64,000 nucleotides of DNA from positions 7,594 through 71,593 of the forward strand of contig CAZRTE010000001.1 in NCBI GenBank assembly GCA_964602945.1. Reading direction: 5' to 3'. The notes below the pieces were generated by a model. The model saw only the letters and a program-made list of their open reading frames with translations. It had not been told where the DNA came from and searched no databases. Origin of the DNA: an uncultured Gaiellales bacterium (GTDB lineage Bacteria; Actinomycetota; Thermoleophilia; Gaiellales; Gaiellaceae). Shown piece after piece: positions 54,337 through 64,000 of the stretch. The translations under genes and the position numbers were made by a program. Numbering within the stretch: position 1 is the first letter of the stretch; every line of letters begins with the position of its first letter.

Positions 54337-55492
54337 GAAGCTGTTCCACCTCGTCGAGGATCGCGGCGGCGATCTCGTCCTTCGACGCCTTGGGCAGCGC
54401 GCGCTCGCCGGCGGCGGAGAGGAGCGTCACCTCGTTGTCGGGCGAGTCGAACCCGATGTCCTCTCGCGCGACGTCGTTGAGCACGAGCAGGTCGGCTCGC
54501 TTGCGCGCGAGCTTCTCCCGGGCCCGCTCGAGCCCGCCCTCCCCGGTCTCGGCCGCGAAGCCCACGAGCAGCCGGCCCTCGTGCGGGGAGGCGCCGAGAG
54601 CGGCGAGGACGTCGGCCGTCGGCTCGAGCTCGAGCGTCCAGGCCTCCGTGTCCTTCGGCCGCTTCGCCGCGAGCGCGGCGGCGGGACGATAGTCGGCCAC
54701 GGCGGCGGCCATGATCACGAGGTCCGCGGCGGCGGCCCGGGCGAGCGCTTCGCGCTCGAGGTCGGCGGCCGTCGGCGTCTCGACGAGCTCGACGCCCGCC
54801 GGTGCGGGCACGGCGAGGTTCGCTCCGAGCAGGGTCACCTCGGCGCCGCGCCGGCGTGCCTCGGCGGCGAGCGCGACGCCCATCCGGCCCGACGAGCGGT
54901 TGCCGACGTACCGGACGGCGTCGACGGGCTCGCGCGTGCCTCCCGCGGAGACGAGCACGCGCTTCCCCCGCAACGGGCCCGTGCCGGCGAGGACCTCGCG
55001 GACGGCGCGGAGGATCTCCTCCGGCTCGGCCATCCTGCCCACGCCGAGCTCACCCTCGGCCGTCTCGCCCTCGTCCGGTCCGACGAGGACGATGCCGCGC
55101 GACCGCAGCGTCTCGGCGTTCGCGCGTGTCGCCGGGTGCGCCCACATGCGCGGGTTCATCGCCGGGGCGACGAGAACCGGGCCGCGATGGGCGAGCGCGG
55201 CCTCGGTGAGCACGTTGTCCGCGAGCCCGTGGGCGAGCTTCGCGAGCGTGTTCGCGGTGCAGGGCGCCACGACGAGCAGGTCGGCGCGCGTCAGGTGGAG
55301 ATAGACGTCGTCTCCCGGCGGCCGGCGGGCGAGGGCCCGGAAGGTCTCGGCCGTGACGAAGCGCTCGGCGGCCGGCGTGACGAGCGGGACGACGTCGTGG
55401 CCGTCCTTGACCAGCAGCCGGCAGACCTCACACGCCTTGTAGGCGGCGATACCTCCCGTCACTCCGAGGAGGACGCGGGACATGCCTCGCAT
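54329..55492 (-). CDS. coaBC: Bifunctional phosphopantothenoylcysteine decarboxylase / phosphopantothenate-cysteine ligase
   Basis: ORF 54329..55492: GVTGGIAAYKA, PAMNPRMW, ISNRSSG-like NRSSGRMG. Confidence 0.9.
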   Translation of the reverse strand: MRGMSRVLLGVTGGIAAYKACEVCRLLVKDGHDVVPLVTPAAERFVTAETFRALARRPPGDDVYLHLTRADLLVVAPCTANTLAKLAHGLADNVLTEAALAHRGPVLVAPAMNPRMWAHPATRANAETLRSRGIVLVGPDEGETAEGELGVGRMAEPEEILRAVREVLAGTGPLRGKRVLVSAGGTREPVDAVRYVGNRSSGRMGVALAAEARRRGAEVTLLGANLAVPAPAGVELVETPTAADLEREALARAAAADLVIMAAAVADYRPAAALAAKRPKDTEAWTLELEPTADVLAALGASPHEGRLLVGFAAETGEGGLERAREKLARKRADLLVLNDVAREDIGFDSPDNEVTLLSAAGERALPKASKDEIAAAILDEVEQLLG

Positions 55493-55534
55493 GATGCCTG
55501 TGGAGCGAGCGCTCCGCAGAGCGGGGATCCAGGC

Positions 55535-55765
55535 TCAGCCCGAGTACTTGTAGTCGAGCATGCCCTGCGAGACCTCTTCGAGAGCCATGGTCAGGTAGTT
55601 CTTCGAGCGGCTCTCGACGAGCGGCGGCAGGTTGTCGCCGAAGGTGCCCTCGCCGAGCTGGTGGTGGTAGTTGTTGATCTGCCGGGCGCGCTTCGCTGCC
55701 ACGATCACGAGGGCGTAGCGCGAATCCACGTTCTCGAGCAGCTCGTCTACACGGGGTTCGATCAT
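55535..55765 (-). CDS. rpoZ: DNA-directed RNA polymerase subunit omega
   Basis: ORF 55535..55765: SRYALVIVAAKRARQIN. Confidence 0.85.
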   Translation of the reverse strand: MIEPRVDELLENVDSRYALVIVAAKRARQINNYHHQLGEGTFGDNLPPLVESRSKNYLTMALEEVSQGMLDYKYSG

Positions 55766-56370
55766 CGTCCCGGCATGGTAGCGGCGGAACGCAACAGGCC
55801 GCGAACGAGGCCGGTCAGCTCGCCGACCGCACGCTCGAGGTCGTCGTTCTCGATCACGTGATCGAACTCCCCCGCCTGCTCCAGCTGCTTGCGGGCGAGC
55901 GCGATTCGCTCGTCGATCTCGCCGGCGCTCTCCGTCGCCCGCTCCCGCAGGCGGCGCTCGAGCTCGTCCACACTCGCCGAGATGAAGATCGTCACGGCGT
56001 CGGGCATCTCGTGCTTGACGCGCAGCGCCCCCTCGGTCTCGAGCTCCAGCAGCGGCACCTTCCCCGCGCGCCGGATCCGGTCGAGCTCCGAGCGGAGCGT
56101 CCCGTAGCGATGGCCGGAGACGTACTCGACCTGCTCGAGGAACTCACCGCGCTCGACGGCGGCGAGGAAGTCCGCGGCGGAGAGGAAGCGGTACTCGCGC
56201 CCGTCCTGCTCCCCGCGCCGCCGCAAGCGGGTCGTGGCGGAGACGGTGACCTCGACGCCGTCGACCTGCTCGACGAGCTCGTGGATGAGCGTCCCCTTGC
56301 CCGCGCCCGACGGGCCCGTCACCACGAGCGCCGCAGGCAGCCTGGCTCCGCTAGCGGTTGAAGAGGCCAA
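55762..56370 (-). CDS. gmk: Guanylate kinase
   Basis: ORF 55762..56370: GPSGAGKGT P-loop, SATTRLRRRGEQDGREYRF. Confidence 0.85.
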   Translation of the reverse strand: MASSTASGARLPAALVVTGPSGAGKGTLIHELVEQVDGVEVTVSATTRLRRRGEQDGREYRFLSAADFLAAVERGEFLEQVEYVSGHRYGTLRSELDRIRRAGKVPLLELETEGALRVKHEMPDAVTIFISASVDELERRLRERATESAGEIDERIALARKQLEQAGEFDHVIENDDLERAVGELTGLVRGLLRSAATMPGR

Positions 56371-56680
56371 TCAGCTCGGCGCGCTGGCGGTCGGAGAGGC
56401 CGCCGACCGTCTTCGACTGGCTGATCCGGCACGTGTTGAGAAATCGTGCCGCCTTCACGCGTCCGAACTTCGGCACCGCCATGAGGATGTCGATCACCTT
56501 CGCCGTCGAGACGTATTCGGGCGGGTTGCCGAGGATCTGCTCGATCTGGACCTTCCCCTCCTTGAGGTCCTTCTTGAGCTTGGCGCGCTTGACGCGGACG
56601 TCGTTCGCTCGCTTGAGGGCATCCATTCGCTGGTCGAGAGAGCGGAGCGGAGCGTGCGCCTGCGTCTTCGTCGGGGTCAC
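56351..56680 (-). CDS. mihF: Actinobacterial integration host factor (mIHF)
   Basis: ORF 56351..56680. ...KVIDILMAVPKFGRVKAARFL...GGLSDRQRAELIGLF is collinear with mycobacterial mIHF as I recall it. Classic mihF-gmk-rpoZ-coaBC order. Confidence 0.8.
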   Translation of the reverse strand: MTPTKTQAHAPLRSLDQRMDALKRANDVRVKRAKLKKDLKEGKVQIEQILGNPPEYVSTAKVIDILMAVPKFGRVKAARFLNTCRISQSKTVGGLSDRQRAELIGLFNR

Positions 56681-56682
56681 GG

Positions 56683-56750
56683 CCGGCCGATCTTACCAAC
56701 GACCCCGCGAGCATCAAGCCGGGACTTTTCTCGATTTTTCCGGGCTTTTC
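56683..56750 (-). promoter_or_regulatory. Putative sigma-70-type promoter of mihF: TTGATG-17 nt-(TGG)TAAGAT with three ~10-bp-phased upstream A-tracts; implies a near-leaderless mRNA
   Basis: Minus strand: GAAAAGCCCGGAAAAATCGAGAAAAGTCCCGGC-TTGATG(56718..56713)-17 nt-TAAGAT(56695..56690). The GTG start is at 56680. Confidence 0.45.
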
Positions 56751-56981
56751 GGCGAGCCGGCAGCGTCGTCAGACTCGGCAACACCGGGCTCGCCGGCCGC
56801 CCCGGCGGGCTCCGCGGGGGTGCAGTCGAGCCCCGTCTGCGTGTGCCAGAGTCGCTACGTTGGCGGCATTCGGGAGGATCGGTCCGCCCCACTCTGTCCG
56901 CTCGGATCTCCACGATGATGGTCGCAGTGCAGCCTCGTCTCGCGCCCTCCCGGCGTCACCTGTGAGTCCACGGTCCTGCCG

Positions 56982-58096
56982 GTGATCTACCGCCTGCTCT
57001 TCCGCACGCTCCTCGTGCGCCTCGATCCCGAGACGGCCCACCGGCTTGCCCTCCGGGCCCTCAGGATCGCCACGGGCGTCCCCCTGGCGCGGCGACTGCT
57101 CGCGTTCGCGCTGGCCCGCGGCGACGAAGCCCTGCGCACCCGCGCGCTCGGGCTCGACCTCCCGACGCCGCTCGGGCTCGCCGCCGGCTTCGACAAGGAC
57201 GCCACGTCGTTCGCCGGCCTCGGCGCCCTCGGCTTCGGCTTCGTCGAGGTCGGGACGGTCACCGCCGTTCCGCAGCCCGGCCGGCCGCGGCCCCGGATCG
57301 CCCGCGTCCCGGAGTCCCGGGCTCTCGTCAACCGGATGGGGTTCCCGAACTCCGGCTGTGACGCCGTCGCGAAGCGCCTGCAGCGGAGCCGGCCGAGCGT
57401 GGTCGTCGGCGTGAACGTCGGCAAGAGCGCGGTCGTGCCGGCGGAGCTCGACCGGATCGTGGCCGACTACGCCGCCTCGATCAGGGCGTGCGCGCCGGGC
57501 GCCGGCTACGTCGTGCTCAACGTCAGCTCGCCGAACACGGAAGGCCTGCGCGACCTCCAGGCACCGCAGCTCCTGCGGGCACTCGTCCAGGCGGCGCGCG
57601 ACGAGCTCCACGCGCTCGGTGCCGACATCCCGCTGCTCGTCAAGATCAGTCCCGACCTCGCGGACGACGAGATCGACGCGATCGCGGACCTCGCCCTGGA
57701 GACGCAGCTCGACGGCATCGTCGCGGTGAACACGACGACCCGGCGTGCCTTCCCGGACGGAACGGAGATCGACGAGCAGGTCCTGCCGGGCGGGGGAGTC
57801 TCCGGCACGCCGCTCGAGGCACGGGCGCTCGAGGTTCTGCGCCGCTTGCGCGCCCGCGTCGGCTCGAGGGTTCTGCTCGTCTCGGTGGGAGGCATCGCCG
57901 GCGCCGAGGCCGTGTTCGAGCGCCTCCGCAGCGGTGCGACGCTCGTCCAGGCGTACACCGGCTTCGTCTACGGCGGTCCGCTCTGGCCCCGGCGCGTCAA
58001 CCGGGAGCTCGCGCGCCTCGTTCGCGAGAGCGGCGCCTCCTCCGTCTCGGACGTGATCGGCTCAGCCGTCGACGAGCGCTCGGAGGCGGTCGGAGC

Positions 58097-58100
<4 letters not shown>
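56982..58100 (+). CDS. pyrD: Dihydroorotate dehydrogenase (quinone), class 2
   Basis: ORF 56982..58100: N-terminal membrane-association helix, [20 protein letters not shown]... Confidence 0.9.
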
Positions 58101-61270
<3,170 letters not shown>

Positions 61271-61272
61271 GG

Positions 61273-62310
61273 CTACGCCACCGCCTCCGCGACGTCCTCG
61301 ACCCAGCGCTCGAGCAGCGGCCAGGCGTCGTGCGGACCCGGTCCCGCCTCGGGATGGAACTGGAGCGAGCGCGCCCGCAGCTCGGGCAGCTCGAGGCCCT
61401 CCACCGTGCCGTCGTAGAGCGAGACGTGCGACGCCTCGGTCGCCTCGCTCGGGCGGACCGCGAAGCCATGGTTCTGGCTCGTGACGAGGACGCGTCCCGT
61501 CCGCCGCTCGAGCACCGGATGGTTCGCGCCGCGATGCCCGAACGGAAGCTTGTACGTCTCGTGGCCCGTCGCCATGGCGATCAGCTGGTGCCCGAGGCAG
61601 ATGCCGAGCACGTGTGTGCGGCCGAGCACCTCACGCACCGTCTCCGCTTCGGCGGCGAGCGGCTCGGGGTCGCCCGGCCCCGGCGAGAGCAGGACGCCGT
61701 CGTGTCCCGCGAGCTCGTCCGCGTCGGCCCCGTACGGATAGACGGTGACCGCCGCTCCGGCCGCGGCGAGCCGCCGCAGCACCGACCGCTTGACCCCGTA
61801 GTCGACGACGCCGATCCGGACACGTCCCTCCGGCGTGTACACGTACGGCTCGTCCGTGGAGACACCGGCGACGAGCGCGCGTCCCTCCATCGGCGGCTGC
61901 CGCCGTGCGAGCTCGACGGCCTCGGTGACCGGGAGGTCGCCGGCGACGGCGATGCCCGGAGCGGAGCCTGCGTCGCGCAGGTGGAGGACGAGGCTCCGCG
62001 TGTCGATCCCGGTCAGCGCGACGACGCCGCGCTCGCGCAGCCAGTCCGTCCACTCGGGCCCACGGGCCTCGCGCATCAGGACGGCCCGCGCGTGCGTCCG
62101 CTCCGACTCGCTGCGCTCGTCGGCGACGCCGTAGTTGCCGATCATCGGCGCGGTGAAGCAGACGAGCTGGTCCTCGAAGCTCGGATCGGTGACGGCCTCC
62201 TGGTACCCGGACATGCCGGTCGTGAACACGGCCTCGCCGACCGCGTGGCCCTCCGAGCCGACGGACTCTCCGTGCCAGACGGTGCCGTCGGCCAGTGCGA
62301 GATAGCTCAC
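61273..62310 (-). CDS. carA: Carbamoyl-phosphate synthase small (glutaminase) subunit
   Basis: ORF 61273..62448 trimmed to the GTG at 62310 ([14 protein letters not shown]...). GICLGHQL catalytic Cys context, NHGF. Confidence 0.9.
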   Translation of the reverse strand: MSYLALADGTVWHGESVGSEGHAVGEAVFTTGMSGYQEAVTDPSFEDQLVCFTAPMIGNYGVADERSESERTHARAVLMREARGPEWTDWLRERGVVALTGIDTRSLVLHLRDAGSAPGIAVAGDLPVTEAVELARRQPPMEGRALVAGVSTDEPYVYTPEGRVRIGVVDYGVKRSVLRRLAAAGAAVTVYPYGADADELAGHDGVLLSPGPGDPEPLAAEAETVREVLGRTHVLGICLGHQLIAMATGHETYKLPFGHRGANHPVLERRTGRVLVTSQNHGFAVRPSEATEASHVSLYDGTVEGLELPELRARSLQFHPEAGPGPHDAWPLLERWVEDVAEAVA

Positions 62311-62342
62311 AGGGCCGTCTGCCCCGCGAGCGCGGAGGCGGT

Positions 62343-62368
62343 GTGGGGGAACCGGATGGTTCCCCCAC
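62343..62368 (-). promoter_or_regulatory. Perfect 11-bp-stem hairpin (GTGGGGGAACC-GGAT-GGTTCCCCCAC) in the 97-nt pyrC-carA spacer
   Basis: Read directly. No U-tract; function unknown. Confidence 0.35.
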
Positions 62369-62407
62369 GGACGACCAAGCGGGAGCCGAGCCGGAGGCGA
62401 GCGACGC

Positions 62408-63733
62408 TCACGCAGGCACCGCAGTCGCCTCGAACACCGTCGCTCCACCGGCGAGCGTCAGCCGGACGGCGCCCGTCAGCTTCTCTCCCAGCAGCCACGA
62501 GTTCGAGGAGCGAGAGCGGAACGGCTCCTCTCCGACGCGCCACTCTGCCTCGAGATCGAGCAGGACGAGGTTCGCCGGGGCGCCGGCCGCGATCCGCGGC
62601 CGCTCGAGGCCGTAGATCCGGGCCGGGCCGGCCGACATCCGCTCGAGCAGCGTCTCGAGCGGCAGCACGCCGGCACGCACGAGGTGGGTGTGCAGCACGG
62701 CGAAGGCGGTCTCGAGACCCGTGACGCCGAACGGCGCCGCCTCGAACGGCACCTCCTTCTCGTGGGTGGCGTGCGGCGCATGGTCGCTCGCGACCGCCTC
62801 GATCGTCCCGTCCCGCAGCGCGTCGAGCAGGGCGAGCCGGTCCTGCTCCGCCCGCAGCGGCGGGTTCATCTTCACGTTCGGGTCGAGCGACCGCACCGCC
62901 TCGTCCGTCAGGACGAGATGGTGCGGCGTCGCCTCGCCGCTCGCGGCGATTCCGGCCGCCTTCGCCCGTCGCAGGGCGTCGACGGACTCCGTCGCAGAGA
63001 GGTGGAGGACGTGGATGCGGCCCTTCTCGTAGCCGGCCAGCGCGAGGTCGCGCTCGACCATGACCGACTCGGCGACCGACGGGTAGCCGGCGAAGCCGAG
63101 CTCGGCGGCGACCCGGCCCTCGTGCACGTGCCCGCCGTGCGACAGGCTCGGCTCCTCGCAGTGGAGGGCGAGCAGGCGCCCGGTGATCGTGGCGTACTGG
63201 AGGGCGCGGCGCATCATCGCCGCCGAGGCGACGGGCCTGCCGTCGTCGGAGAAGGCGATCGCGCCGCTCTCGGCGAGCTCCGCCATCTCCGTCAGCTCCT
63301 CGCCGCGCTGGCCGCGCGTGATCGCGGCGAGGAAGCCGACCGGGATCTCCGCCTCGTGCCGCGCCGTCTCGACGAGGGCGCCGAGCGTCGCCGCGGAGTC
63401 GACGACGGGGTCCGTGTTCGGCATGGCGAGGATGGCGCAGTAGCCGCCGGCCGCGGCGGCCGCGGTTCCGCTCGCCACCGTCTCCTCGTCCTCGCGGCCT
63501 GGCGTGCGCAGGTGGACGTGCGGGTCGACGAAGGCGGGAGCGAGGACGAGCCCCTCGGCGTGGACGACCCGGTGCTCGTTCGCGTCCACCTCCTCGGCCA
63601 CCTCGACGATCGTGCCGCCGTCGATCCGCACCTCGAGCTCGGCGTCGATCTGCTCGACGGGATCGAGCACGCGCGCCCCGCGGATCACGAGATCGGCGCC
63701 GGGAAGCTCCCGCTGCCAGAGTACGTCGCTCAT
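62408..63733 (-). CDS. pyrC: Dihydroorotase
   Basis: ORF 62408..63733: FVDPHVHLRTPG, ASDHAPH. Confidence 0.9.
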   Translation of the reverse strand: MSDVLWQRELPGADLVIRGARVLDPVEQIDAELEVRIDGGTIVEVAEEVDANEHRVVHAEGLVLAPAFVDPHVHLRTPGREDEETVASGTAAAAAGGYCAILAMPNTDPVVDSAATLGALVETARHEAEIPVGFLAAITRGQRGEELTEMAELAESGAIAFSDDGRPVASAAMMRRALQYATITGRLLALHCEEPSLSHGGHVHEGRVAAELGFAGYPSVAESVMVERDLALAGYEKGRIHVLHLSATESVDALRRAKAAGIAASGEATPHHLVLTDEAVRSLDPNVKMNPPLRAEQDRLALLDALRDGTIEAVASDHAPHATHEKEVPFEAAPFGVTGLETAFAVLHTHLVRAGVLPLETLLERMSAGPARIYGLERPRIAAGAPANLVLLDLEAEWRVGEEPFRSRSSNSWLLGEKLTGAVRLTLAGGATVFEATAVPA

Positions 63734-64000
63734 CAGGCCACCTCCGCCGTCGTGAGGGCCTCGACCCCGACGGGGCCCCCGGTGAGAACGTCGTAGAGCA
63801 CCGCCATCCGCACGACGAGCCCGGAGCGCACCTCGGTCGTGACGAGGGACTCTGGCGCGTCGGCGACCCGCGGGTCGATCTCGACACCCCGGTTCATCGG
63901 CCCCGGGTGCATGACCTTCTGGCCCTGCCGCAGCCGCTCGGGCGTGACGCCCCAGCGGGCGGTGTACTCGCGCAGGCTGGGGATGAAGTTCGCGCCCGGC
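63733..64000 (-). CDS. pyrB: Aspartate carbamoyltransferase catalytic subunit, C-terminal part (5' end beyond the window)
   Basis: Manual reverse translation: ...[20 protein letters not shown]...RMAVLYDVL...EVA*. The stop overlaps the pyrC ATG by 1 nt. Confidence 0.8.
   Translation of the reverse strand, partial: PGANFIPSLREYTARWGVTPERLRQGQKVMHPGPMNRGVEIDPRVADAPESLVTTEVRSGLVVRMAVLYDVLTGGPVGVEALTTAEVA

Overview
Very high-G+C (judged by eye, not computed) actinobacterial-type chromosome segment, almost fully coding, about 60 genes, most on the minus strand. The backbone is housekeeping. It includes rbsK plus a nucleoside hydrolase, rnj-dapA, dapB-pepR-pnp-rpsO, ribF-truB-nrnA-rbfA-infB-ylxR-nusA-rimP, dtd, coaBC-rpoZ-gmk-mihF, and pyrD / carB-carA-pyrC-pyrB. 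Between dapA (about 10.3 kb) and dapB (about 30.4 kb) lies an 18.5-kb block with two complete soluble [NiFe]-hydrogenase operons bracketing hypFCDE. The first is a methanogen-type Mvh-Hdr operon (hdrCBA-mvhDGA-protease-hypA), whose HdrA carries an inserted NfnB/GltD-like NAD(P)H module. The second is a sulfhydrogenase-type hyhB-(cNMP-domain gene)-hyhG-hyhS-hyhL-protease-hypA-like operon. I consider this block the most interesting content. Other accessory content: (1) an AT3 acyltransferase with two tandem SGNH domains, a third stand-alone SGNH copy, and relics of the neighbouring nucleoside hydrolase that mark nested segmental duplications; (2) a GAF-GGDEF cyclase and an orphan MshEN-type secretion ATPase; (3) a MoxR-DUF58-transglutaminase-TPR module fused onto the coaBC operon. 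At the DNA level I see AT-rich palindromes sharing a GGTAACAG core: two in an intergenic region and two embedded in unrelated CDSs. I also see an in-frame double-hairpin insertion in carB, an SD-sequestering hairpin in the pnp leader, and a canonical terminator directly upstream of rimP-nusA-infB. No tRNA, rRNA, CRISPR, IS, integrase or recognisable defence genes were seen. Many track ORFs are antisense or out-of-frame shadows typical of high-GC DNA. Start codons were re-picked manually, and all family calls rest on motif recognition, not searches.
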